64,000 nt of DNA from an uncultured Planctomycetaceae bacterium (GTDB lineage: Bacteria > Planctomycetota > Planctomycetia > Isosphaerales > Isosphaeraceae), in contig CAWIAD010000001.1 of NCBI GenBank assembly GCA_963833985.1, positions 2,528,001 to 2,592,000 of the forward strand. Reading direction: 5' to 3'. The position numbers and the translations under genes are program-made. Below, one piece after another: positions 51,636 through 63,109 of this stretch (positions within the stretch are counted from its first letter, which is position 1; each line of letters begins with the position of its first letter). The notes below the pieces were generated by a model, which saw only the letters and a list, made by a program, of their open reading frames with translations, was not told the DNA's origin and did not search any database.

Positions 51636-52072
51636 CTCTGTGCTCTCCGTGCTCTCTGTGGTTCGTTCCTCTGGCTTGGCCTTCTTCGCACTTTCCTCTC
51701 TTCCTCTGTGCTCTCCGTGCTCTCTGTGGTTCGTTCCTCTGGCTTGGCCTTCTTCGCACTTTCCTCTCTTCCTCTGTGCTCTCTGTGCTCTCTGTGGTTC
51801 GTTCCTCTGGCTTGGCCTTCTTCGCACTTTCCTCTCTTCCTCTGTGCTCTCTGTGCTCTCTGTGGTTCGTTCCTCTTGCCTTCCCTGCTTCGGACTTTCC
51901 GCTCTTCCTCTGTGCTCTCTGTGCTCTCTGTGGTTCGTTCCTCTTGCTTGGCCTTCTTCGGCACTTTCCTCTCTTCCTCTGTGCTCTCTGTGCTCTCTGT
52001 GGTTCGTTCCTCTTGCCTTCCCTGCTTCGGACTTTTCTCTCTTCCTTGATGCTTTCAGTGGTTCGTTCCTCT
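51636..52072. repeat. tandem array of 68-bp units (six full plus one degenerate)
   Basis: Units start at 51636, 51704, 51772, 51840, 51908 and 51977, with a degenerate one at 52045; core CTCTGTGCTCTCYGTGCTCTCTGTGGTTCGTTCCTCT. Confidence 0.95.
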
Positions 52073-52295
52073 TGTCCTGGTTTCCGTTTTCCAGTGCTTT
52101 TTCCCCCAGCCGGCCAACCGCGAACTACGCTTGAGATGAAATGTCGCAATAGGCAGCGCCTGGCACCTGCCCCGATCACGAGGTTGCGCAATGATTCTAC
52201 GCATCACTTTTGCCGGTCTCTTGCTGTTGATGCTGGGACAGCCAATGAACGCCCTGGCCAGCTCGAAGCTTCGCACCGATTGTCCGCGTACCGGT

Positions 52296-53445
52296 TCACG
52301 CCTCGTAGCAGATCCCGTCGACGTAGGTGTGCGCCAGATGGAGCCCGTCAGCCGGCTCCTCGCGGTAGATCACAAGGTTCGCGGCCTGCCCGGGTTCTAG
52401 CTCGGGAGGTGGCTGGCAGAGCAGACGTGCGGGGTTGCGGGTTGTGGTCTTCAGCACTTCGACCATAGGCCATGCGACCGCGGCCCGCAGGTTGGCCAGT
52501 CCGGTCGCCAGCGGCTGGTTCGAGCCGGCGAGGTAAGGCGTGCCGGCAACCAGCACCTTGCCCGCGGGATGAACCTCCCAGGCGCCATACCGGCCAGCGG
52601 GCAGGCCTGCCAGCGGACTGGCGTCCGAGACGAGGATCAAGCGGTCGGGCCCCTTGGCGCGGGCCAGGACTCGCAACACCGCAGCATCAAGGTGGTGCCC
52701 ATCGGCAATCACCGACGCGAACAGCTCGTCCAGCGCGGCTTGCTCCCAGATCGGGTTGGGATGCCGCGGCAGCTCGGCGGCGATCCCGTTCCCCAGGTGC
52801 GTGCTCAGCGTCGCCCCGGCCGCGACAGCCCGGTGCAGTGTGGTCCGGTCGGCCGCCGTGTGGCCCAGAGCCACCACCATTCCGGATCCGCGCCAGCCCG
52901 ATCAGCTCCAACGCCCCGGGCCGCTCGGGAGACAGGGTGATGATCGCGATCCGCCCGCCGGCTGCCTCCTGCATCGCGCCGAGGAATTCGGGTTCAGGGT
53001 CGCAGACCGCTTCCAGGGGATGGGCACCCCGGTACCCCTCGCGATCCGACAGGAACGGCCCCTCAAGGTGCAGTCCCAGCACCATCCGGGCAGTCTGTGG
53101 ATCGCTGGCGCAGGCCGCGGCGATCGTCCGCGCCCCATGAATCATGTGCTCCCGCGGCGCGGTCATGAGCGTGGGACAGAGCCGCGCCGTGCCCACCGCG
53201 GCCTGGGTCCGCACGATCGCGATGACCTGCTCGACGGTCAGCTCCGGGCTGGAGAACGAGTGCCCCCAGCGGCCGTTCAACTGGAGGTCCCAGAACGCGG
53301 GTGCGATCCACTCGTCGTCCGACCTGATCTCCGCGCTGCCGGAAGCCGGCCGGACCTCAGCGATGCGGTCGTGCCGGAGCGCGACCTTGACCCAGCAGGA
53401 GCTGCGGTAGTCACGGGCGACGATCCAGCGGGCCGGTTGATCCAT
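52296..53445 (-). CDS. nagA: N-acetylglucosamine-6-phosphate deacetylase; frameshift near 52885
   Basis: PAFWDLQLNG, GLHLEGPF..GAH, TLSPE; then ALGHT, THLGNG, IADGHHL, LVSDA, LAGS, NPARLL in the next frame. Confidence 0.9.
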
Positions 53446-53474
53446 GGCAGAGGTGCAGGGGGAATTCACTCGAG

Positions 53475-55088
53475 TCAGCCGCGGCTCATCTCCCGGCGCC
53501 TCAGCCCGGCGCCCACGAAGTCGCGGAACAGCGGGTGTGCCTTCGTCGGCTTCGACTGGAACTCGGGATGGAACTGGACGGCCAGGAACCAGGGGTGATT
53601 TCGCAGCTCCACGATCTCGACGATCTCGCCGTCGGGGCTGGTGCCCGAAGGCACCAGGCCGTGCTGCTCGAACGACCGGCGATAATCGTTGTTGAACTCA
53701 TAGCGATGGCGGTGCCGCTCGCTCACCCGCTCTGCCCCATAGGCTTTGCGGGCCAGCCTGTCGGGCACGAGCTGGCAGGGCCAGGCGCCCGAGCGCATCG
53801 TCCCGCCAAGCTGCTGCACGGCTCTCTGGCTTTCCATGAGCGCGATCACCGGGTGGCTGCTGGTCTTGTCGAATTCGGTGCTGTTGGCGTCCTCCAGCCC
53901 AAGGATACTTCGGGCGAATTCGATGACCGCGCACTGCATACCCAGGCAGATGCCGAAGAACGGGATCTGGTTCATCCGCGCGTAGCGGATCGCCTCGATC
54001 TTGCCCTCGATGCCACGCATACCGAACCCGCCAGGAACGAGGATCCCGTCCACTCCCCCCAGCAGCGCGTCGGCCCCGCGGGCGCTCACCTCCTCGGCCT
54101 CCACCCGCACCACCAGCACGCGGGCCCGGTGCGCGATGCCGGCGTGGTCCAGCGATTCATAGACCGACTTGTATGAATCGCGATGCTTCATGTACTTGCC
54201 GACGACCGCGATCCGCACCTCGTGCTTCGGGTTCATGATGCGGTCGACCATCTCGCTCCAGGAGGAGAGGTCCAGCGGCGCGGCACGCAGTCCCAGTCGC
54301 TTCACAAGGATATCGTCCAGGCCGTGCTTCACCAGGCTGAGCGGCACCTCGTAGATGCTGAACTGCTTGTCGCGCTCCTCGATCACGGCCTTGCGGTCCA
54401 CATTGCAGAAGAGGGCGATCTTGTCCTTGTCGTCGGCAGAGATGGGCACCTCGGTGCGGCAGACCAGGATGTCCGGCTGGATGCCGATTTGCCGCAGGGC
54501 CCCCACCGAATGCTGGGTCGGCTTCGTCTTCAGTTCGGCGGCCGCCTTCAGGTAAGGCACCAGCGTGAGGTGGATGTACACGCAGTTCTCGCGGCCCACG
54601 TCCAGGGCGAACTGGCGGATGGCTTCCAGGAAAGGCAATCCTTCGATGTCGCCGACCGTGCCACCGATCTCGGTGATCACCACGTCCACGTCGTCGCCCG
54701 CGACCCGGTGCGTGGCCGCCTTGATCTCGTCGGTGACGTGCGGAATCACCTGCACGGTCTTCCCCTCGTAATAGCCCTCGCGCTCCTTCTGGATGACGGA
54801 CTGGTAAATCTTCCCCGTCGTGTAGTTGCAGTCCCTGGTGAGCGGTGCATGAGTGAACCGCTCGTAATGACCCAGGTCGAGGTCGGTCTCGGCGCCGTCG
54901 TCGAGCACGTAGACCTCACCATGCTGGTACGGGCTCATGGTCCCCGGATCGACGTTGATGTAAGGGTCGAACTTCTGGAGCCGCACCCGCAGCCCGCGCC
55001 GTTCCAGGATCATGCCGATCGATGCGCAGGTTAAGCCCTTGCCGAGCGAGCTCACCACGCCGCCCGTCACGAAGATGTGCTTGGCCAT
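53475..55088 (-). CDS. pyrG: CTP synthase
   Basis: [54 protein letters not shown]. Confidence 0.99.
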   Translation of the reverse strand: MAKHIFVTGGVVSSLGKGLTCASIGMILERRGLRVRLQKFDPYINVDPGTMSPYQHGEVYVLDDGAETDLDLGHYERFTHAPLTRDCNYTTGKIYQSVIQKEREGYYEGKTVQVIPHVTDEIKAATHRVAGDDVDVVITEIGGTVGDIEGLPFLEAIRQFALDVGRENCVYIHLTLVPYLKAAAELKTKPTQHSVGALRQIGIQPDILVCRTEVPISADDKDKIALFCNVDRKAVIEERDKQFSIYEVPLSLVKHGLDDILVKRLGLRAAPLDLSSWSEMVDRIMNPKHEVRIAVVGKYMKHRDSYKSVYESLDHAGIAHRARVLVVRVEAEEVSARGADALLGGVDGILVPGGFGMRGIEGKIEAIRYARMNQIPFFGICLGMQCAVIEFARSILGLEDANSTEFDKTSSHPVIALMESQRAVQQLGGTMRSGAWPCQLVPDRLARKAYGAERVSERHRHRYEFNNDYRRSFEQHGLVPSGTSPDGEIVEIVELRNHPWFLAVQFHPEFQSKPTKAHPLFRDFVGAGLRRREMSRG

Positions 55089-55130
55089 CAGCGTTCCTCT
55101 GCTTGCACCGTCCAGGGCTGGTAAAAGCAC

Positions 55131-55139
55131 AGTATAGCA
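55131..55139 (-). promoter_or_regulatory. extended -10 element upstream of pyrG
   Basis: Minus strand TGCTATACT. Confidence 0.4.
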
Positions 55140-55380
55140 GATTTGCCCTGCCGGCGAGACGTCGTGCTCCTCGCACCTGGTTGCCAACCACGTGGCCGGG
55201 CCCCTGCGTTCCCGGGTTCCACGTCATGACTCGAGCCGCATATCACGGCGCGAGCCAGTCCACGAGCCGCAGCCACCGCATGTCCGCGAGAGATGGGAAT
55301 GGGATTGTGCGTCATCGTGCCGAGGCCGTACGCCCGGAAACCGGGGGCACTCTTCCGGGCGGGCCCGGCGGAGACTGGAT

Positions 55381-56314
55381 TCAGACATCCAGCGTCTTCA
55401 AGTAGGCGACGCTGCGCTCGGTGAGCTCCCAGCTTTGCTCCACGAAGTAGTTCTTCACGCCGCCGGTGCGGGCGGCCTGGAACGTCTTCACCCAGTCGAT
55501 CGAACCCTGACCGAGGGCCACCTGCGGGTGCCGCCGGGCGCGGCGGGCGGGCTGGCCGGGCTTCGTCGAGGCGCCCGCGGAGGGCGCCGGCGCCGCGGCG
55601 CTCATGTCCACGTCTTGCAGGTGCATCGAGAAGAAGCGGCCCGGGTACTTCAAGAAGTAGTCGGCCGCCACGAACCCGGCCGTGATGGTCGACATCTGAA
55701 ACTGGAACTTGACCAGGCGGGGATCGAGCAGCTCGAGCAGCAGGTCGTAGGTGCGCTTGCCGTCGACGGTGGAGATCTCGAAGCCCTCGTTGTGCAGTCC
55801 CTGCTGCATACCGGCCGCTGCCGCCACCTCGGCAATCTTGTTGTATTCCTGGGCCGCCTTCTTCACCTGGTCCAGCGTCGGGTTGCTGCCGCCGTTCCCA
55901 TCGGCCAGGGTCGCCGTGAGCATCTGCGTGATGCCCACGTCGTGCGCCCAGTCGATGCACTTCTGCTGGCTGCTGCGCAGCTCGCGCATCGTGAAATGCG
56001 AGCTTTCCGCCTTCATGCCATGGTCGGCCAGGATCCTTTTCACCTCTTTACCGTCCGCCAGCGATGCGAAGTCGTGGCCGTAGCCGATGGGCGAGCAGAG
56101 CTTCGAGCCGGCTCACGCCGATCGCGGCGATCTTCGTGACGAACGCGGGAAAGTCGCCGAGCATGGAGCGCAGGGGATATACCTGGCTGCCAATGGGCAG
56201 GCCCAGCGGGCTGGCTTGCAGCCTCTCCGCACCGGCTAGCCACGCCCCGACCGCGCCTGTACCGATCACGGCGCGATTCAGGAAGTGTCGTCTCGACATG
56301 GGATCCATGGTCAT
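55381..56314 (-). CDS. Tat-exported sugar phosphate isomerase/epimerase (xylose isomerase-like TIM barrel); frameshift near 56102
   Basis: SRRHFL signal, PIGSQVYPLR; then ELCSP.., LHNEGFE, SMHLQD, GQGSIDW, FVEQ. Confidence 0.85.
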
Positions 56315-56326
56315 ACTCCTGTTCTT

Positions 56327-57913
56327 TCAGATTTCCCAGCCGGGGCGGTACTCGCGGGTCAGGTACTTGTTGGCTTCCGGGAGGTTCGTGATGTGGGCGG
56401 CGGTGGCGTCCCAGAGCAGCCGCCGGCCGCCGAGGCGGAGCGAGATGGACGCCAGGTTCATGGCGTCGCAGATGGGGCCGGCCAGCCGGAAATCGCCATA
56501 GCTCGGCGGGCCGCCCTGGAAGGCGGTGATCCACGCGGAGTTGCGCGCGGCCGCATTGCCGAACCCGCCGCCGGAGCGCCTGCGAGGGGTGGACTCGGGC
56601 AGGTGATTATCCTTGCGGTAGGCCTGCATCCGCGACTCGGGGATGAGCTGCGGGTCCTCGGCGTGGAAGCCGCCCAGGATCTTGCCGTGATCGCCCACGA
56701 AGAGCATGCCTTCCTCGTCCAGCTCATGGTTCCCCTCCATCAGCTCCTCGGGAACCGGGGGCTTGACGCCGCCGTCGTACCAGAAAATGTCGAGCGGGCC
56801 GCGGCCCTCCGCCGGGGCGAAACGCATGCGGATGGTGCAGGCGGCAGGGAAAGAATAGTCGTTCTGGATCCGCCGGCAGACGGTGCCGTCCACCGTGCAG
56901 ACGTGGCTGGGCGTTGATTCTACGCTCACGGGCGCTTCCAGCTTCAGGAGCTGGAACAGCGGCCAGAGGCTGTAATGACCCATGTCGGCAATGGAGCCGC
57001 CGCCGAACTCGTACCAGCCGCGGAAGTTCGTATGCGTGTAATCGGGATGATAGGGACGGTCGAGTGACGGGCCAAGCCAGAGCGTCCAGTCGAAGCCTTC
57101 AGGGACGGAGGGCCTATCGGTGGGGAGCGTGGGAAACTGGGGCCACATCGGCCGCATCGACCAGTTGTGGATCTCCCGGAGCATGCCGATCGCGCCGTTG
57201 TGGATCATGTCCACCGCCTGCTGCTGCCCCGCGCCTTGGCTGGCGGGGAGGAAGTGCGTGGCGAGCTTGCCGGCGCGGGCGGCGTCGATGACGGCCCGGG
57301 CCTCCCGCAGGCGGTTCGCCAACGGCTTGTGCACGATGACGTTCTTGCCTTGCTTGAGGGACGCGATCGCGATGGCGGCGTGGGTGTGGTCGGGCGTCAT
57401 CACCTTCACCGCGGTGACGTCCTTTTCCCGGTCCAGCAGCTCGCGGAAGTCGACATAGGTGGCACACCCTTTGAACTGCTCCTTGCCGCGCACCCTGGCG
57501 TAGTACGTCTCCACGATCTCCTTGCCGACGTCGCGGCCACCCGGCACGTGCGCTGACCCCTCACGCCAGTTCGGGTTGCCGATGAGCTTGCGGATGCCGT
57601 CGCGGAGCTGGTTCTTGCCCCATTCCAGGTAATGGGTGCCATCCTTCTCGACGTCGCAAACGGCAACGATCTGGACCTCGGGCCGGGCCAGGATGCCGCC
57701 GATCTCGCGGATGGCCTGGGTGCCGAACCCGATGCAAGCCAGGGTGATCTTCTCGCTGGGCGCCACGAACCCTGCGCCGCCGAGCACGTGCCGCGGCACG
57801 ATGGTGAACGTCGCCGCCGTCGCGGCCGCCCCGGCCCGCATCCACTGCCGGCGCGACAGCCGCGCGTCTGCTGCCTCGCCACTGGTCTCGGACCCTGACG
57901 TGTTGTGCTTCAT
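56327..57913 (-). CDS. Tat-exported Gfo/Idh/MocA oxidoreductase
   Basis: SRRQWM, IVPRHVLGG..APSEKI, MTPDHTH, HKPL, ADMGHY, REYRPGW. Confidence 0.92.
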   Translation of the reverse strand: MKHNTSGSETSGEAADARLSRRQWMRAGAAATAATFTIVPRHVLGGAGFVAPSEKITLACIGFGTQAIREIGGILARPEVQIVAVCDVEKDGTHYLEWGKNQLRDGIRKLIGNPNWREGSAHVPGGRDVGKEIVETYYARVRGKEQFKGCATYVDFRELLDREKDVTAVKVMTPDHTHAAIAIASLKQGKNVIVHKPLANRLREARAVIDAARAGKLATHFLPASQGAGQQQAVDMIHNGAIGMLREIHNWSMRPMWPQFPTLPTDRPSVPEGFDWTLWLGPSLDRPYHPDYTHTNFRGWYEFGGGSIADMGHYSLWPLFQLLKLEAPVSVESTPSHVCTVDGTVCRRIQNDYSFPAACTIRMRFAPAEGRGPLDIFWYDGGVKPPVPEELMEGNHELDEEGMLFVGDHGKILGGFHAEDPQLIPESRMQAYRKDNHLPESTPRRRSGGGFGNAAARNSAWITAFQGGPPSYGDFRLAGPICDAMNLASISLRLGGRRLLWDATAAHITNLPEANKYLTREYRPGWEI

Positions 57914-58290
57914 GGGTGGCCTCGAACGATCTGGGAGGAAAAGCGCCGTGCGTCAAGCGAGCGCGGGAATGACAGCCCACTGATCAGTCGCCATGCTACT
58001 GCCGCCATCCGGCCACCGCCAGCGTGCGCTGGCGGCTTCGTGCCGCGGAGTGGATGCCACCGCGGCCGGAGAATCGTTCCGTGGCTGGCTTGCGGAGAGT
58101 GACCGGGTCTGCCATAACACAGTCGGTGGGTACGCTTCTGTTCACTCTGCCCGCCAGGCGCGAATGCCTGCACGGCGTGGCGTTTCGGGGAGGTGAATGG
58201 CCCGTTCGTGACGTGGCCCGGTGGCAGGTCTGTCCTTGCTGTAAACTCTTGCTATATTGGCACTTTTCGACTCGACTCCGCAGGTGCTGG

Positions 58291-59670
58291 ATGCTCGGCA
58301 AGCTCGTCATTCCTGAGATCCGCGAGCTCATCGAGCTGGGCGAAGACGCCACGCTGCGCGAGGTCGTCAATCACTGGCTGCCGGCAGAGCTTGGCCAGGT
58401 GGTCGCCGCTCTGAGCCCCGCGGAGCAGCTGCGGGTGATCCGGCTGCTGGAGCCGGAGCTCGCGGCCGCGACGTTCGAGTACCTGGACCTCGAGACGCAG
58501 CTCGTGGTGCTCGATTCGATCTCGGAAGGGGAGCGGGCGGTCATCCTCAACGCGATGTCGCCCGACGACCGCACCGCTCTCCTGGCCGAGCTGGCGCCCG
58601 AGGACTCGGAGAAGCTGATCGCGCTGCTGGCCCCGGACCAGCGGGCCATCGCGGTGCGACTGCTGAACTACGGCGAGAACAGTGTCGGCCGGCTCATGAC
58701 GCCCGACTTCGTCTCGGTGCGTAAGGAGTGGACGCTGCGCCATGTGCTCGACCACGTGCGCGCGCACGGCCGCGACAGCGAAACCCTCAATGTCATCTAC
58801 GTGGTCGATGCACAGAACCGGCTCATCGACGACCTGCGTATCCGCGAGATCCTGCTGGCTCCGTTGCACTCTCTGGTGGCGGACATCTGCGACAACCGCT
58901 TCGTCAGCCTGAACGTCACCGACGAGAAGAAGGAAGCCGTCAAGGTCTTCCGCGAATATGACCGTACGGTTTTGCCGGTGATGGACAGCCAGGGCCGGCT
59001 GGCCGGGATCGTCACGCTTGACGACGTGCTCGACGTGGCGGAAGAGGAAGCCACCCGCGAGATCCAGAGGTTCGGCGGGCTGGAAGCACTCGACGAGCCG
59101 TACATGAGCACGCCGCTCCTGGAGATGATCCGCAAGCGGGCTACCTGGCTGGTCATCCTGTTCGTGGGCGAAATGCTCACGGCCACCGCGATGGGCTTCT
59201 TCGAGCGCGAGATCTCGCGTGCGGTGGTACTGGCCCTGTTCGTGCCGCTGATCATCTCCAGCGGGGGGAACTCGGGCTCGCAGGCCGCCACGCTGATCAT
59301 CCGCGCCTGGCGCTGGGCGAGGTGAGGCTGCGCGACTGGTGGCTGGTGATGCGCCGGGAGATCTTCTCGGGGCTGGTGCTGGGGGTGATCCTGGGAGCAA
59401 TCGGCTTCTTGAGAATCGCGCTCTGGGAGCTCGTTCACGAACCTGTACGGCGAGCACTGGGTGCTGGTGGGGCTGACGGTCTCGTGCTCGCTGCTGGGCA
59501 TTGTGCTCTGGGGTACCATCACCGGCTCGATGCTGCCCTTCTTGCTGAAATCGATCGGGCTCGACCCGGCCACGTCCTCGGCGCCCTTCGTGGCCACCCT
59601 CGTCGACGTGACCGGACTGATCATCTACTTCAGCGTGGCCCTGGTGATCCTCCATGGTACCTTGCTCTAG
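58291..59670 (+). CDS. mgtE: magnesium transporter MgtE; frameshifts near 59308 and 59430
   Basis: [18 protein letters not shown] pair, [31 protein letters not shown], spread over three frames. Confidence 0.93.
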
Positions 59671-60017
59671 CCGGGCGCGATGCTCTTTCCCTCGCATGCC
59701 ATAGCACTGAGACCCGAATTGCTGCATTTGCAGCATTTTCTTCTTGAGACCTCCTGCCGGGCGAGTTACGATGCGCTGCGGCAAGGGAGCAGAGGCCGGC
59801 CAGACCTGACCGGATGCAGGACGCATCGGTCGATGGCCGGTCAACCCGGGACGGGACGTACCTTTCCGGGGCGGGTCCAGGTAGTGGACCCTACAATGAG
59901 AACACGGGGCCACGGCGAGGAAACTGGCCGGCGGTTTGCAGGAGTGGGGAAGTCGCCCCGTTCGTCTCCGGCATGGAGGGGCCACGGCTTTCGGAGTTGG
60001 ACGTGAGGAGGCAGCCA

Positions 60018-61892
60018 ATGATGATCACGATCGGGCCTGGGTTGCCCGGAATTCTGCCGGCAGTGAGTATGGAGTTGCCGCAGCTTCGGCCCTGGATTGA
60101 ACAGATGGCCGAGCTCTGCCGTCCCGAGGAGGTCGTCTGGTGTGACGGCTCGCAGGCCGAGTACAACCAGCTTTGCGAGTTGTTGGTGCAAAAGGGCACA
60201 TTCCGGCGGCTGAATCCGGCGAAACGGCCGAACAGCTACCTGGCCTGGTCAGACCCGACCGACGTGGCACGCGTGGAGGACCGGACGTTCATTTGCAGCC
60301 GGCGCAAGGATGAGGCGGGCCCGACGAACAACTGGATCGATCCGATTCCCATGAAGCAGACCCTGCGCGAGCTGTTTGACGGCTGCATGCGCGGGCGGAC
60401 GATGTACGTGGTTCCCTTCAGCATGGGTCCGATCGGCTCACCGATCGCGCAGATTGGCGTCCAGGTGACCGATTCGGCGTACGTCGCAGTCTCGATGCGG
60501 ATCATGACGCGAATGGGCTCGGCAGTGCTCGACGCGCTGGGGGACGGCTTCTTCGTGCCCTGCGTGCACTCCGTGGGCATGCCGCTCCGCACCGGGCAGC
60601 AGGACGTGCCCTGGCCGTGCAATCCCAAGCAGAAATACATCGTGCATTTCCCCGAGGAGCGAGCCATCTGGTCGTTTGGCAGCGGCTACGGCGGCAATGC
60701 CCTTCTGGGAAAGAAGTGTTTCGCGCTGCGGATCGCCTCGTGCATGGCCCGCGACGAGGGCTGGCTGGCCGAGCACATGCTGATTCTCGGCGTGGAGTCG
60801 CCAGAGGGCGAGAAGACCTACGTCGCCGCGGCCTTCCCCAGTGCCTGCGGCAAGACGAACTTCGCCATGATGATTCCCCCGGACCATTTCAAGGGTTGGA
60901 AGGTCACCACGGTGGGCGACGACATCGCCTGGATCAAGATCGGCGAGCACGACCGGCTGTACGCAATCAATCCCGAGTACGGCTTCTTCGGCGTGGCGCC
61001 CGGGACCTCCTACCAGTCCAACCGCAACGCCATGGAGACGGTCACGCGCAACACCATCTTCACCAACGTGGCGCTCACGGAGGACGACGACGTCTGGTGG
61101 GAAGGGATGACTGAGACGCCGCCGGAGCGGCTGACGGACTGGACGGGCCAGCCCTGGACACCCGGATGCGGGCGCAAGGCCGCGCACCCCAACGCCCGCT
61201 TCACCGCGCCCCTGGCCCAGTGCCCGACGCTTGATCCGGAATGGGAGAACCCCAAGGGCGTTCCGATCAGCGGCTTCATCTTCGGCGGCCGGCGGTCCTC
61301 GATCGTGCCCCTGGTTTACCAGGCCTTCAGCTGGAGCCACGGCGTCTTCCTGGCTGCGTCGATGGGGTCGGAAACCACCGCGGCCGCCGCCGGTACCGTG
61401 GGCACCGTGCGCAGGGACCCCATGGCCATGCTTCCTTTCTGCGGCTACCACATGGCCGACTATTTCAATCACTGGCTGGACATCGGCCGCCTGCTCCCCA
61501 ACCCGCCCCGCGTGTTCCGCGTCAACTGGTTCCGCAAAGGTCCCGACGGGCGCTTCCTCTGGCCCGGCTTCGGCGAGAACATGCGCGTGCTGAAATGGAT
61601 CCTCGACCGCATCCACGGCCGCGGCTACGGCGTGGAAAGTCCGCTTGGCTGGATGCCCCGGCCCGAGGACTTCGACCTGGAAGGACTGAACGGCTTCACC
61701 ATGGAAGAGTTCTCGAAGCTCATGGCGGTGGACCGCGAGGCCTGGCTGCGCGAGGCCGTCTCCGTCGAGGAGCTGGAGTTCAACCTCTATGGAAGGCTGC
61801 CCAAGGAGTTCCTGCTGCACCGGGAGCTCTTGATCTCGCGGCTCTGGCACTCGCGCGGCTCGTGGACACTGAACGCAGACCTGCCGCACTGA
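60018..61892 (+). CDS. pckG: phosphoenolpyruvate carboxykinase (GTP)
   Basis: [53 protein letters not shown]. Confidence 0.97.
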   Translation: MMITIGPGLPGILPAVSMELPQLRPWIEQMAELCRPEEVVWCDGSQAEYNQLCELLVQKGTFRRLNPAKRPNSYLAWSDPTDVARVEDRTFICSRRKDEAGPTNNWIDPIPMKQTLRELFDGCMRGRTMYVVPFSMGPIGSPIAQIGVQVTDSAYVAVSMRIMTRMGSAVLDALGDGFFVPCVHSVGMPLRTGQQDVPWPCNPKQKYIVHFPEERAIWSFGSGYGGNALLGKKCFALRIASCMARDEGWLAEHMLILGVESPEGEKTYVAAAFPSACGKTNFAMMIPPDHFKGWKVTTVGDDIAWIKIGEHDRLYAINPEYGFFGVAPGTSYQSNRNAMETVTRNTIFTNVALTEDDDVWWEGMTETPPERLTDWTGQPWTPGCGRKAAHPNARFTAPLAQCPTLDPEWENPKGVPISGFIFGGRRSSIVPLVYQAFSWSHGVFLAASMGSETTAAAAGTVGTVRRDPMAMLPFCGYHMADYFNHWLDIGRLLPNPPRVFRVNWFRKGPDGRFLWPGFGENMRVLKWILDRIHGRGYGVESPLGWMPRPEDFDLEGLNGFTMEEFSKLMAVDREAWLREAVSVEELEFNLYGRLPKEFLLHRELLISRLWHSRGSWTLNADLPH

Positions 61893-61979
61893 GGGTCCTC
61901 CCTAAACCGGCAAAGTAAACTGCAACGCAAGTAAATACTTAAGCATGTTCACTTGCCTGCCAACGACTGGATCCGCCGT

Positions 61980-63065
61980 CTAGCCCCGCCGGCGCGGGGT
62001 GTTCGGGAGCAGCCTGACGATGTCCTGGTATGTCTTCAGGGCAAGCTCGGTCTTCCCTTGCTTCTCGAGCTGCTGGGCCGTTCTCCAGAGACCCTCGGCT
62101 TCCGCCGCATCACGGTCCGCGGGGTCCTGGAGAGACGTCACCACGAGCTGATCCGGGCACCAGCCGATGAATCCCCGGGATGGCCCGGCGAGCACCTCCA
62201 CTTTCATCAACCGTTGAAAACCGTCGGATTCGGGCCGCTCGAGCTGGTCCAGGACCTTGACGGCCGTTCCGGAGGCAACCTGGACACGTTTGCCTTCCTT
62301 GTCGAGCTGCCTGGCCATCGCGAGGGCCTCCTGAAGGTGAGAGCCCGGTCTGGCCCGAAGCTCGTCCAGATCGTCGAACGACTTGAGCTCACTCATGAGA
62401 AAGCAGGGCAGGGAGCCATCCTGGTTCCTCAAGATGCCCTGACCCTTGGGTATGGCCAGGCGGTCGGGGGCAGGTGTGGCACCGGGGTTCGATGAGGGTG
62501 GAGGCGGTCTGATGGGCAACTGCGGATCCAGGACATGACGGGCAAACTCCTGTACGGCGGCAAGCTGCTCCGGCCCCAGCCGGAAAGGATCCGCACCGAT
62601 CGTCCCGTCGAGACTGCGAGCGGACGCCAGCCGGTGCGCGATGTCGTTCCCGCCGAGCTCGACGTCGATGGTCTCCTGGAGCAAGCCTCGCTCCGTCTGG
62701 CCCTCATACCGGACCGACCTGGTCTGCATGGGCTCGCCATCGAGCTTGATGGCGGCGGCGTGGTTCTGGTGGTATCGGGGCTTGGCACCGAGAGCGACGG
62801 CCTTGAAGTGGAGGCTGATCCGTCCCCGGGCACTGCCGGCCTGGACCTTACCACGCTGGACATGATCCAGTTGCAGCCGAATCGCCCCGAGGCCGAGCTG
62901 GCCCAGGGGGCCGAGATCGACGGCCAGGACCGTAAGATTCATGGTCCGGAAGTATTCCCTGGTGAGCTGCAAGGGGGCCGGCAACTCGTCGAAGCGCGGC
63001 GCCGGCTGCTGGCTGGCAGCCCAGATCGCACCATTAAGGAGGACCCATGCGAAGGCGGATGACAT
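61980..63065 (-). CDS. secreted hypothetical protein ending in a TPR-like helix pair
   Basis: GGAG then MSSAFAWVLLNGAIWAASQQ; ends AQQLEKQGKTELALKTYQDIV..PNT. Confidence 0.6.
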   Translation of the reverse strand: MSSAFAWVLLNGAIWAASQQPAPRFDELPAPLQLTREYFRTMNLTVLAVDLGPLGQLGLGAIRLQLDHVQRGKVQAGSARGRISLHFKAVALGAKPRYHQNHAAAIKLDGEPMQTRSVRYEGQTERGLLQETIDVELGGNDIAHRLASARSLDGTIGADPFRLGPEQLAAVQEFARHVLDPQLPIRPPPPSSNPGATPAPDRLAIPKGQGILRNQDGSLPCFLMSELKSFDDLDELRARPGSHLQEALAMARQLDKEGKRVQVASGTAVKVLDQLERPESDGFQRLMKVEVLAGPSRGFIGWCPDQLVVTSLQDPADRDAAEAEGLWRTAQQLEKQGKTELALKTYQDIVRLLPNTPRRRG

Positions 63066-63109
63066 CGCTTTGCTCCGTAAGGCTCGATGATCGTTACGTT
63101 CTGGGGACT

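Noticed and set aside
51636..52072. CRISPR array
   Set aside because: The variable segments are repeated and related to each other rather than unique, the repeat is low-complexity, and there are no cas genes in the window.
51254..52468. Six overlapping ORFs across the repeat array
   Set aside because: The frames are open only because the skewed repeat has no stop codons. The 68-bp unit cycles through frames, and the codon usage is not gene-like.
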